DNA from: Haplodiscus bocki
Taxonomy: Eukaryota
Assembly: GCA_965655095.1 (NCBI GenBank)
Contig: OZ296659.1
Span: forward strand, 3,348,001 to 3,412,000
Direction: 5' to 3'
Length of the DNA: 64,000 bases
Positions 42,101 through 54,179 of this stretch are shown here, in pieces. The position numbers and the translations under genes are program-made. Below the pieces are notes generated by a model. That model ran no database searches, had not been told where the DNA came from, and worked only from the letters and a program-made list of their open reading frames with translations. Within the stretch, counting starts at the first letter, position 1. Every line of letters starts with the position of its first letter.

Positions 42101-44800
42101 TGTTGAAGTTTCTTTCCAGGGAACTCTTGAAGTTATTTGAGAGAGAGAGAGAGAGAGAGAGAGCTAATGATATGCCCAAAAAGTCCTTAATGTTCCGAGG
42201 ACGATAGATGTTGGCGTATCAGAAGATGGCATTTCATTGGCACATTGATTACCCTCAAATATGCCAGTCTTTTCCATCACTGTGCGTTTTTCGCTCAGAA
42301 TCGCCATATTTGATCTGCTTCAAGTTCAGGGGAAATCCCCCGGCAACAACTGACTTCATTTCTGTGAATTATAATGGAATTTTACCCAAGTTTGAAAGAA
42401 TAGATTTGATTTAGGAGCGGGTTTACCCATTACAGATGTGTACGTTCAAGTATATTGTTTCCATCCTTCTAATGAACAAGTTTGCATCGTGTAAATACCA
42501 GTTTGGGCACAAGTAAAGACATTCTGGTACACGTTTCACCTAAGAACCCATTTGGTTAAATCGATGAAGCACAATTTATTGTTTACCACCTCAATAACTG
42601 TATTCAAAGTAGTATGATTAGGCTGATATAAACAAGCCTGGAAGGCTAAAGTCGGAGTCGCCCGAAACGTACTCGCACCTTTTGAAGGCTCGTTGACTTT
42701 GAGTGCTGGTAATGATTTCGGGATATATATGAGTTGGTATCACGGTATTATTCTGAACCAGAATTCTAAATATCTTTCGAGAACAAGTGTCGTTTTTGGA
42801 TCGTTTCCGTTATGAAATAGATGAAAAAATAGCCTTTACTGGGATCAAAATACGGCCTTGTAAATTTTGGAACACTGTTGCCCTGCCCACGAGACCACGA
42901 TTGTACCATGTGAACAAGAAAATCAATATAATAATACTAGTTGCCTCATTGTGGCAAAAAATTAAATAAACAGTTTGAGATCTGGACTTGTTGATGTCGA
43001 ATCCTAATGATAGTGAAATGGGTGATGGTATCACAGTAGATTGTAACACAATGGGTCAACCAGGGCCGTGATACCAAGACAAAACGTTCATCATGGAAAG
43101 CAATGTGTGACAAGGTCAGCCCCTGAACTCAGTCCCTGGATTGAATCAGAAGACGTCTTGTTATTGAAATTGATGAAAGTATCCAAATATCGTTTGAAGC
43201 TCTGGTTTCTGACATCGGCAATTCCTTCAGGAGTGAGTTTCACCGACTTTTTTTGGAAAGTTCTGACAAGGCTTTTCAAGCTGGGAACCAGGATGTGCTA
43301 GAGGAGATGAAAAGGGAGCTTTAGCTAATGGTGGAAACTTTACAAATTTTCTCAGCAGCCGAAAGTTTGGTTATTCAACTGGAGTGATGATGTTGAAGTT
43401 TCTTTCCATGGAACTCTTGAAGTAATTTGAGAGAGAGAGAGCGAGCGAGCGAGCTAATGATATATCCAGAAAAGTCCTTGATGTTCCGAGGACGATAGAT
43501 GTTGGCGTATCAGAAAATGGCATTTCATTTGGACATTGAATACCCTCAAATATGCCAGTCTTTTCCATCACTGTGCGTTTGTCGCTCAGAATCGCCATAT
43601 TTGATCTGTTTCAAGTTCAGGAGAAATCCGCCGGCAACAACTGACTTCATTTCTGTGAAAATTAATGAAGTTTTACCCAAGTTTGAAAGAATAGATTTGA
43701 TTTAGGAGCGGGTTTATCCATTACAGATGGTACGTTCAAGTATATTGTTTCCATCCTTCTAATGAACAAGTTTGCATCGTGTAAATACCAATTTAGGCAC
43801 AAGTAATGACATTCTGGTACACGTATCACCTAAGAACCCATTTGGTTAAATCGAAGAAGCGCAATTTATTGTTTACCACTTCAATAACTGTATTCAAAGT
43901 AGTATGATTAGGTTAATATAAACAAGCCTGGAACGCTAAAGTCGGAGTCGCCCGAAAGGTTCTTGCACATTTTCAAGGCTCGTTGAATTTGAGCGCTGGT
44001 AATGATTTCGGGAGATATATGATGTGGTATCACGGAATTATTCTGAACCAAAATTCTAAATATCTTTCGAGAACAAGTGTAGTTTTTAGATCGTTTCCGG
44101 TATGAAATAGATGAAAAATAGACTTTACTGGGATTAAAATACGGCCTTGTACTTTTTGGAACGCTGTTGCCCTGCCCACAAGGCCACGATTGTACTATAT
44201 GAGCAAGAAAATCATTATTATACTACTAGTCGCCTCATTGTGGCAATAAGCTAAATAAACAGTTTCAGTTCTGAACTTGTTGATGATGTCGAATCCTAAT
44301 GATAGTCAAATGGGTGATAGTATCACAGGAGATTGTAACACAATGGGTCAACCAGGGCCGTGATACCAAGACAAAACGTTCATCATGGAAAGCAATGTGT
44401 GACAAGGTCAGCCCCTGAACTCAGTCCCTGGATTGAATCAGAAGACGTCTTGTTATTGAAATTGATGAAAGTATCCAAAGATCGTTTAAAGCTCTGGTTC
44501 CTGACATCGGCAATTCCTTCAGGAATGAGTTTCACCGACTACTATTGGAAAGTTCTGACAAGGCTTTTCAGGCTGGGAACCAGGATGTGCTGGAGGAGAT
44601 GAAAAGGGAGCTTTAGCTACTGGTAGAAACTTTACAAATTTTCTCAGCAGCCGAAAATTTGGTTATTCAACTGGAGTGATGATGTTGAAGTTTCTTTCCA
44701 TGGAACTCTCGAAGTAATTTGAGAGAGAGAGAGAGAGAGCTAATGATATACCCAGAAAAGTCCTTAATGTTCCGAGGACGATAGATGTTGGCGTATCAGA
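28600..44800 (+). repeat. ~9.04-kb higher-order duplication: six monomer types, with an extra internal duplication (U27=U28) in the first copy
   Basis: ORF pairs 28875/37918 and 29717/38760 are offset by 9043; 31195/40241 and 31871/40917 are offset by 9046. Private variants repeat in the same order, e.g. gctgccctgc, gagggagag, aattgtaccacatatg and cagatggtacg. Confidence 0.9.
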
Positions 44801-46002
44801 AGATGGCATTTCATTGGCACATTGATTACCCTCAAATATGCCAGTCTTTTCCATCACTGTGCGTTTTTCGCTCAGAATCGCCATATTTGATCTGCTTCAA
44901 GTTCAGGGGAAATCCCCCGGCAACAACTGACTTCATTTCTGTGAATTATAATGGAATTTTACCCAAGTTTGAAAGAATAGATTTGATTTAGGAGCGGGTT
45001 TACCCATTACAGATGTGTACGTTCAAGTATATTGTTTCCATCCTTCTAATGAACAAGTTTGCATCGTGTAAATACCAGTTTGGGCACAAGTAAAGACATT
45101 CTGGTACACGTTTCACCTAAGAACCCATTTGGTTAAATCGATGAAGCACAATTTATTGTTTACCACCTCAATAACTGTATTCAAAGTAGTATGATTAGGC
45201 TGATATAAACAAGCCTGGAAGGCTAAAGTCGGAGTCGCCCGAAACGTACTCGCACCTTTTGAAGGCTCGTTGACTTTGAGTGCTGGTAATGATTTCGGGA
45301 TATATATGAGTTGGTATCACGGTATTATTCTGAACCAGAATTCTAAATATCTTTCGAGAACAAGTGTCGTTTTTGGATCGTTTCCGTTATGAAATAGATG
45401 AAAAATAGACTTTACTGGGATTAAAATACGGCCTTGTACTTTTTGGAACGCTGTTGCCCTGCCCACAAGGCCACGATTGTACTATATGAGCAAGAAAATC
45501 ATTATTATACTACTAGTCGCCTCATTGTGGCAATAAGCTAAATAAACAGTTTCAGTTCTGAACTTGTTGATGATGTCGAATCCTAATGATAGTCAAATGG
45601 GTGATAGTATCACAGGAGATTGTAACACAATGGGTCAACCAGGGCCGTGATACCAAGACAAAACGTTCATCATGGAAAGCAATGTGTGACAAGGTCAGCC
45701 CCTGAACTCAGTCCCTGGATTGAATCAGAAGACGTCTTGTTATTGAAATTGATGAAAGTATCCAAAGATCGTTTAAAGCTCTGGTTCCTGACATCGGCAA
45801 TTCCTTCAGGAATGAGTTTCACCGACTACTATTGGAAAGTTCTGACAAGGCTTTTCAGGCTGGGAACCAGGATGTGCTGGAGGAGATGAAAAGGGAGCTT
45901 TAGCTACTGGTAGAAACTTTACAAATTTTCTCAGCAGCCGAAAATTTGGTTATTCAACTGGAGTGATGATGTTGAAGTTTCTTTCCATGGAACTCTCGAA
46001 GT

Positions 46003-46054
<52 letters not shown>

Positions 46055-49000
46055 CTAATGATATACCCAGAAAAGTCCTTAATGTTCCGAGGACGATAGA
46101 TGTTGGCGTATCAGAAGATGGCATTTCATTGGCACATTGATTACCCTCAAATATGCCAGTCTTTTCCATCACTGTGCGTTTGTCGCTCAGAATCGCCATT
46201 TTTGATCTGCTTCAAGTTCAGGGGAAATCCGCCGGCAACAACTGACTTCATTTCTGTGAAAATTAATGAAATTTTACCCAAGTTTGAAAGAATAGATTTG
46301 ATTTAGGAGCGGGTTTACCCATTACAGATGTGTACGTTCAAGTATATTGTTTCCATCCTTCTAATGAACAAGTTTGCATCGTGTAAATATCAATTTAGGC
46401 ACAAGTAATGACATTCTGGTACACGTATCACCTAAGAACCCATTTGGTTAAATCGATGAAGCACAATTTATTGTTTACCACCTCAATAACTGTTTTCAAA
46501 GTAGTATGATTAGGCTAATATAAACAAGCCTGGAAGGCTAAAGTCGGAGTCGCCCGAAACATACTTGCACCTTTTCAAGGCTCGTTGACTTTGAGTGCTG
46601 GTAATGATTTCGGGAGATATATGAGGTGGTATCACGGTATTATTCTGAACCAAAATTCTAAATATCTTTCGAGAACAAGTGTAGTTTTTGGATCGTTTCC
46701 GTTATGAAATGGTTAAAAAAATAGCCTTTACTGGGATCAAAATACGGCCTTGTAAATTTTGGAACAATGTTGCCCTGCCCACAAGACCACGATTGTACCA
46801 TATGAACAAGAAAATCAATATAATATTACTAGTTGCCTCATTGTGGCAAAAAGCTAAATAAACAGTTTCAGATCTGGACTTGTTGATGATGTCGAATCCT
46901 AATGATAGTCAAATGGGTGATGGTATCACAGTAGATTGTAACACAATGGGTCAACCAGGGCCGTGATACCAAGACAAAACGTTCATCATGGAAAGCAATG
47001 TGTGACAAGGTCAGCCCCTGAACTCAGTCCCTGGATTGAATCAGAAGACGTCTTGTTATTGAAATTAATGAAAGTATCCAAAGATCGTTTAAAGCTCTTT
47101 TTCCTGACATCGGCAATTCCTTCAGGAGTGAGTTTCACCGACTTTTAATGGAAAGTTCTGACAAGGTTATTCAAGCTGGGAACCAGGATGTGCTGGAGGA
47201 GATGAAAAGGGAGCTTTAGCTAATGGTAGAAACTTTACAAATTTTCTCAGCAGCCGAAACTTTGGTTATTCAACTGGAGTGATGATGTTGAAGTTTCTTT
47301 CCATGGAACTCTTGAAGTAATTTGAGAGAGAGAGAGAGCGAGCGAGCGAGCTAATGATATGTCCAGAAAAGTCCTTAATGTTCCGAGGACGATAGATGTT
47401 GGCGTATCAGAAGATGGCATTTCATTGGCACATTGATTACCCTCAAATATGCCAGTCTTTTCCATCACTGTGCGTTTGTCGCTCAGAATCGCCATTTTTG
47501 ATCTGCTTCAAGTTCAGGGGAAATCCGCCGGCAACAACTGACTTCATTTCTGTGAAAATTAATGAAATTTTACCCAAGTTTGAAAGAATAGATTTGATTT
47601 AGGAGCGGGTTTACCCATTACAGATGTGTACGTTCAAGTATATTGTTTCCATCCTTCTAATGAACAAGTTTGCATCGTGTAAATATCAATTTAGGCACAA
47701 GTAATGACATTCTGGTACACGTATCACCTAAGAACCCATTTGGTTAAATCGATGAAGCACAATTTATTGTTTACCACCTCAATAACTGTTTTCAAAGTAG
47801 TATGATTAGGCTAATATAAACAAGCCTGGAAGGCTAAAGTCGGAGTCGCCCGAAACATACTTGCACCTTTTCAAGGCTCGTTGACTTTGAGTGCTGGTAA
47901 TGATTTCGGGAGATATATGAGGTGGTATCACGGTATTATTCTGAACCAAAATTCTAAATATCTTTCGAGAACAAGTGTAGTTTTTGGATCGTTTCCGTTA
48001 TGAAATGGTTAAAAAAATAGCCTTTACTGGGATCAAAATACGGCCTTGTAAATTTTGGAACAATGTTGCCCTGCCCACAAGACCACGATTGTACCATATG
48101 AACAAGAAAATCAATATAATATTACTAGTTGCCTCATTGTGGCAAAAAGCTAAATAAACAGTTTCAGATCTGGACTTGTTGATGATGTCGAATCCTAATG
48201 ATAGTCAAATGGGTGATGGTATCACAGTAGATTGTAACACAATGGGTCAACCAGGGCCGTGATACCAAGACAAAACGTTCATCATGGAAAGCAATGTGTG
48301 ACAAGGTCAGCCCCTGAACTCAGTCCCTGGATTGAATCAGAAGACGTCTTGTTATTGAAATTAATGAAAGTATCCAAAGATCGTTTAAAGCTCTGGTTCC
48401 TGACATCGGCAATTCCTTCAGGAGTGAGTTTCACCGACTTTTAATGGAAAGTTCTGACAAGGTTATTCAAGCTGGGAACCAGGATGTGCTGGAGGAGATG
48501 AAAAGGGAGCTTTAGCTAATGGTAGAAACTTTACAAATTTTCTCAGCAGCCGAAACTTTGGTTATTCCACTGGAGTGATGATGTTGAAGTTTCTTTCCAT
48601 GGAACTCTTGAAGTAATTTGAGAGAGAGAGAGAGAGCGAGCGAGCGAGCTAATGATATGTCCAGAAAAGTCCTTAATGTTCCGAGGACGATAGATGTTGC
48701 CGTATCAGAAAATGGCATTTCATTTGCACATTGATTACCCTCAAATATGCCAGTCTTTTCCATCACTGTGCGTTTCTCGCTCAGAATCGCCATAGTTGAT
48801 CTGCTTCAAGTTCAGGGGAATTCCCCCCGGCAACAACTGACTTCATTTCTGTGAAAATTAATGAAGTTTTACCCAAGTTTGAAAGAATAGATTTGATTTA
48901 GGAGCGGGTTTATCCATTACAGATGTGTACGTTCAAGTATATTGTTTCCATCCTTCTAATGAACAAGTTTGCATCGTGTAAATACCAATTTTATACACAA

Positions 49001-49913
49001 GTAAGGACATTCTGGTACACGTATCACCTAAGAACCCATTTGGTTAAATCGATGAAGCACAATTTATTGTTTACCGCTTCAATAACTGTATCCAAAGTAG
49101 TATGATTAGGTTAATATAAACAAGCCTGGAAGGCTAAAGTCGGAGTCGCCCGAAAGGTTCTTGCACTTTTTCAAGGCTCGTTGAATTTGAGCTCTGGTAA
49201 TGATTTCGGGAGATATATGAGGTGGTATCACGGAATTATTCTGAACCAAAATTCTAAATATCTTTCGAGAACAAGTGTAGTTTTTAGATCGTTTCTGGTA
49301 TGAAATAGATGAAAAATAGACTTTACTGGGATTAAAATACGGCCTTGTACTTTTCGGAACGCTGTTGCGCTGCCCACAAGGTCACGATTGTACTATTTGA
49401 GCAAGAAAATCATTATAATACTACTAGTTGCCTCATTTTGGCAATAAGCTAAATAAACAGTTTCAGATCTGGACTTGTTGATGATTTCGAATCCTAATGA
49501 TAGTCAAAAGGGTGATAGTATCACAGGAGATTGTAACACAATGGGTCAACCAGGGCCGTGATACCAAGACAAAACGTTCATCATGGAAAGCAATGTGTGA
49601 CAAGGTCAGCCCCTGAACTCAGTCCCTGGATTGAATCAGAAGACGTCTTGTTATTGAAATTGATGAAAGTATCCAAAGATCGTTTAAAGCTCTGGTTCCA
49701 GACATCGGCACTTCCTTCAGGAATGAGTTTCACCGACTACTATTGGAAAGTTCTGACAAGGTTATTCAAGCTGGGAACCAGGATGTGCTGGAGGAGATGA
49801 AAAGGGAGCTTTAGCTAATGTTAGAAACTTTACAAATTTTCTCAGCAGCCGAAAATTTGGCTATTCAACTGGAGTGATGATGTTGAAGTTTCTTTCCATG
49901 GAACTCTTGAAGT

Positions 49914-49954
<41 letters not shown>

Positions 49955-52077
49955 TAATGATTTACCCAGAAAAGTCCTTAATGTTCCGAGGACGATAGAT
50001 GTTGGCGTATCAGAAGATGGCATTTCATTGGCACATTGATTACCCTCAAATATGCCAGTCTTTTCCATCACTGTGCGTTTGTCGCTCAGAATCGCCATAT
50101 TTGATCTGCTTCAAGTTCAGGTGAAATCCCCCGGCAACAACTGACTTCATTTCTGTGAAAATTAATGAAATTTTACCCAAATTTGAAAGAATAGATTTGA
50201 TTTAGGAGCGGGTTTATCCATTACAGATGTGTACGTTCAAGTATATTGTTTCCATCCTTCTAATGTACAAGTTTGCATCGTGTAATTACCAATTTAGGCA
50301 CAAATAAAGACATTCTGGTACACGTATCTCCTAAGAACCCATTTGGTTGAGTCGATGAAACACAATTTATTGTTTAACACTTCAATAACTGTATTCAAAG
50401 TAGTTTGATTAGGCTAATATAAACAAACCTGGAAGGCTAAAGTCGGAGTCGCCCGAAAGGTTCTTGCACTTTTTCAAGGCTCGTTGACTTTGAGTGCTGG
50501 TAATGATTTCGGGAGATATATGAGGTGGCATCAGGGAATTATTCTGAACCAAAATTCTAAATACCTTTCGAGAACAAGTGTAGTTTTTATATCATTTCTG
50601 GTATGAAATAGATGAAAAATAGACTTTACTGGGATTAAAATACGGCCTTGTACTTTTCGGAACGCTGTTGCGCTGCCCACAAGGCCACGATTGTACTATA
50701 TGAGCAAGAAAATCATTATAATACTACTAGTTGCCTCATTTTGGCAATAAGCTAAATAAACAGTTTCAGATCTGGACGTGTTGATGATGTCGAATCCTAA
50801 TGATAGTCAAATGGATGGTATCACAGTAGATTGTAACACGATGGGTCAACCAGGGCCGTGATACCAAGACAAAACGTTCATCATGGAAAGCAATGTGTGA
50901 CAAGGTCAGCCCCTGAACTCAGTCCCTGGATTGAATCAGAAGACGTCTTGTTATTGAAATTGATGAAAGTATCCAAAGATCGTTTAAAGCTCTGGTTCCA
51001 GACATCGGCACTTCCTTCAGGAATGAGTTTCACCGACTACTATTGGAAAGTTCTGACAAGGTTATTCAAGCTGGGAACCAGGATGTGCTGGAGGAGATGA
51101 AAAGGGAGCTTTAGCTAATGTTAGAAACTTTACAAATTTTCTCAGCAGCCGAAAGTTTGGCTATTCAACTGGAGTGGTGATGTTGAAGTTTCTTTCCATG
51201 GAACTCTTGAAGTAATTTGAGAGAGAGAGTGAGAGAGAGAGAGCGAGCTAATGATTTACCCAGAAAAGTCCTTAATGTTCCGAGGACGATAGATGTTGGC
51301 GTATCAGAAGATGGCATTTCATTGGCACATTGATTACCCTCAAATATGCCAGTCTTTTCCATCACTGTGCGTTTGTCGCTCAGAATCGCCATATTTGATC
51401 TGCTTCAAGTTCAGGTGAAATCCCCCGGCAACAACTGACTTCATTTCTGTGAAAATTAATGAAATTTTACCCAAATTTGAAAGAATAGATTTGATTTAGA
51501 AGCGGGTTTATCCATTACAGATGTGTACGTTCAAGTATATTGTTTCCATCCTTCTAATGAACAAGTTTGCATCGTGTAATTACCAATTTAGGCACAAATA
51601 AAGACATTCTGGTACACGTATCTCCTAAGAACCCATTTGGTTGAATCGATGAAACACAATTTATTGTTTAACACTTCAATAACTGTATTCAAAGTAGTTT
51701 GATTAGGCTAATATAAACAAACCTGGAAGGCTAAAGTCGGAGTCGCCCGAAAGGTTCTTGCACTTTTTCAAGGCTCGTTGACTTTGAGTGCTTGTAATGA
51801 TTTCGGGAGATATATGAGGTGGCATCAGGGAATTATTCTGAACCAAAATTCTAAATACCTTTCGAGAACAAGTGTAGTTTTTAGATCGTTTCCGGTATGA
51901 AATAGATGAAAAATAGACTTTACTGGGATTAAAATACGGCATTGTACTTTTTGGAATGCTGTTGCCCTGCCCACAAGGCCACGATTGTACTATATGAGCA
52001 AGAAAATCATTATTATACTACTAGTTGCCTCATTGTGGCAATAAGCTAAATAAACAGTTTCAGTTCTGAACTTGTTG

Positions 52078-52510
52078 ATGATGTCGAATCCTAATGATAG
52101 TCAAATGGGTGATAGTATCACAGTAGATTGTAACACGATGGGTCAACCAGGGCCGTGATACCAAGACAAAACGTTCATCATGGAAAGCAATGTGTGACAA
52201 GGTCAGCCCCTGAACTCAGTCCCTGGATTGAATCAGAAGACGTCTTGTTATTGAAATTGATGAAAGTATCCAAAGATCGTTTAAAGCTCTGGTTCCTGAC
52301 ATCGGCAATTCCATCAGGAATGAGTTTCACCGACTACTATTGGAAAGTTCTGACAAGGCTTTTCAAGCTGGGAACCAGGATGTGCTGGAGGAGATGAAAA
52401 GGGAGCTTTAGCTAATGGTAGAAACTTTACAAATTTTCTCAGCAGCCGAAACTTTGGTTATTCAACTGGAGTGATGATGTTGAAGTTTCTTTTCATGGAA
52501 CTCTTGAAGT

Positions 52511-52573
<63 letters not shown>

Positions 52574-52890
52574 TAATGATATACCCAGAAAAGTCCTTAA
52601 TGTTCCGAGGACGATAGATGTTGGCGTATCAGAAGATGGCAGTTCATTGGCACATTGATTACCTTCAAATATGCCAGTCTTTTCCATCACTGTGCGTTTC
52701 TCGCTCAGAATCGCCATAGTTGATCTGCTTCAAGTTCAGGGGAAATCCCCCCGGCAACAACTGACTTCATTTCTGAAAAAGTATGAGAACATTACCCAAC
52801 CCCGTGTGATTTTTTTAAAGCTGTTGAGAAATGATGACAATTGAATCTGTGTAGACTGGAGAAGGAACAGTCATCATTAAGAGAGTTTAA
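52078..52890 (+). pseudogene. LINE ORF1 remnant (coiled coil + RRM + CTD, L1-ORF1/Tnp22-like), spanning the array boundary
   Basis: Putative start MMSNPNDSQMG at 52078. A helical segment follows: RRLVIEIDESIQRSFKALVPDIGN...QDVLEEMKREL*LMVETLQIFSAAE. Then FNWSDDVEV..HGTLEV (cf. YNRRDNxxIxGLPE) and KVLNVPRTIDVGVSEDGSSLAH*LPSN...ITVRFSLRIA from ~52590 (cf. DISIAHRLP...IIVRF). Beyond the array come YENITQPRVIFLKLLRNDD (52782-52838, cf. IYEDLT..R) and IESV*TGEGTVIIK (52840-52881, cf. VWTxxGxI). Confidence 0.8.
52516..52568 (+). repeat. (GA)~26 microsatellite, the longest of 41 homologous (GA)n(GCGA)m tracts (one per monomer)
   Basis: Read directly. Other examples are (GA)7 at 1008-1022, ~(GA)21 at 33090-33131 and ~(GA)19 at 46008-46046. 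Confidence 0.97.
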
Positions 52891-52989
52891 ACTATCACTG
52901 CAACCGGAAGTGACCCAAAGAGCGAACTTCAAAATCTTTGAAATCTTCCTGTAACTTTGCTAACAAACCCGGATCTGCCTTCTATAGAG

Positions 52990-53620
52990 GTGCTTGTACA
53001 TAATATTTGTTCACTTGAAAGTCAATACTCAAATGTAGAACAATTTTAAGTAGCCTTGCATCTCCAGCGGCCAGATTACTCTGTTTTTTTTTAGAATTGT
53101 TTGGAGAGAAACCATGACACCAACAATTACTTGCTCGCGGGGTTTGCTGCAGCGATAGGCAAGAATAGACTATCAAATAACAGGAGGCTCGTTTTTTCAA
53201 TTGAGGTACGAAGCAAACTTTATCGGATTTGGTAACTTGGTTGCTACAATCAACCGAAGCTCTGATTGAAATTGCCAATTAGTACTTACTTGTCGTTAAT
53301 GTTGATGTAACACCGAGAACAAATGTTATGGCTTTTTTGTAGTCTTGGCAATCAACTTGAGTCCCTGACGAAATATGCATGCCCCATCTTTCTAACAGGT
53401 GACAGCAATATAGACATTCTGAAAACCAACACTTTAAGTAAGGAGTAGTTCAGTACTTTAGATGGCAATGGTTTTCAGCTGACCGAAAATTCGCCTACAC
53501 GCGTCGCCAGGAATTCTTCCTCCTTTATCAATTACATCATCACAAACTCTGTTCATTACATTATACAAGCACTCATTGACTGCTCCGCAGACCACTATAA
53601 GTTTATACTCCAATTTTTGC
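52990..53620 (+). pseudogene. LINE ORF2 apurinic-like endonuclease (APE) domain remnant
   Basis: VLVHNICSL at 52990 (cf. LNIRSL), HDTNNYLLAGF..NR, IFLTGDSNIDILK (GD at 53398; cf. GDFNIDLLK), NSPTRV (PTR at 53494), FINYIITN (53527; cf. IDHIxTN) and SADHY (53584-53598; cf. SDH). Order and spacing are canonical. Confidence 0.9.
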
Positions 53621-54179
53621 GCCTAAAAAAGGATGACCACCCTACAGAAAACATCACCGACCTTGTGCAATTTCTTTATATTGACCTATTTTTGTGGAAA
53701 TTGAGAAATAATCTGGAATTGACCTCATGCTTGAAAATGTAAATTTTGTTTTTGATCATTGCCATTCACTATATACGGAAGCTATTAGGTTTTTTGCGAC
53801 GAGCATGCGACGAGTAACATAACCGAATCACGCAAATGCCGAATGGTTTCATCGGGAGTAGAAGTCTCTTATAGTATTTTATTTGAACTACAAATTGTGG
53901 TTGAAGGACAATTGAATTTAGGAAAAGTTTCATTTTGCAGCGAAAAGGAGCGGAAAAAAAAGTATCACGTTGGTCATGAGACGTTTTTTTGAACCAAGTT
54001 TGCGGATTGTATTGAAGTTTCGATACAAGTTTCACAGTTAGTAAAAGTGATGGGTAAATGTTCAACAACTACACATTGTAGTCAACTGACCACATTGTAG
54101 TTATGGGCGAAAATGGCAGTGCTGCAAATGTCTCCAATGAGCACTCTTGCTACCCAATCCATGTGTTTTTCACAACTAA

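Larger units (their letters stand above)
1..52799 (+). repeat. Macrosatellite: 41 head-to-tail monomers of ~1.26-1.33 kb, open at the left window edge
   Basis: The junction motif (ttacccaa|gtttgaaagaatagatttgatttagg) recurs with monomer starts at <1, 1254, 2517, 3810, 5073, 6338, 7601, 8866, 10133, 11398, 12663, 13957, 15257, 16555, 17848, 19145, 20444, 21739, 23036, 24328, 25619, 26922, 28194, 29489, 30775, 32053, 33363, 34653, 35943, 37237, 38532, 39821, 41099, 42390, 43681, 44967, 46282, 47578, 48877, 50181 and 51475 (U1-U41). Homology to the monomer ends at ttacccaa, 52799. The same short ORFs recur at this period in the ORF track. Confidence 0.98.

Noticed and set aside
411-52717. Recurring 60-103 aa ORFs (MIPRQNVHH.., MSHIAFHDE.., MAILSDKRT.., MLAYQKMAF..) as a tandem gene family
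   Set aside because: They are off-frame or antisense readings of the LINE ORF1 relic. Many start at GTG/TTG, and they are freely broken by stops, indels and GA-length changes between monomers.
1-52799. rDNA, 5S, snRNA or histone tandem cluster, or a CRISPR array
   Set aside because: There are no recognisable rRNA, snRNA or histone sequences; atcgatgaag is only a 10-nt echo of 5.8S and varies between monomers. There is no repeat-spacer structure.
1-52799. The array as a pure assembly artefact
   Set aside because: Monomers carry hierarchical, linked private variants and a coherent junction with the parent LINE. Exact copy number, such as the near-identical U27/U28, still needs read support.
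54066-54101. Short imperfect duplication caact(a/gac)cacattgtagt
   Set aside because: A local slippage event inside the dead ORF2 linker with no evident significance.
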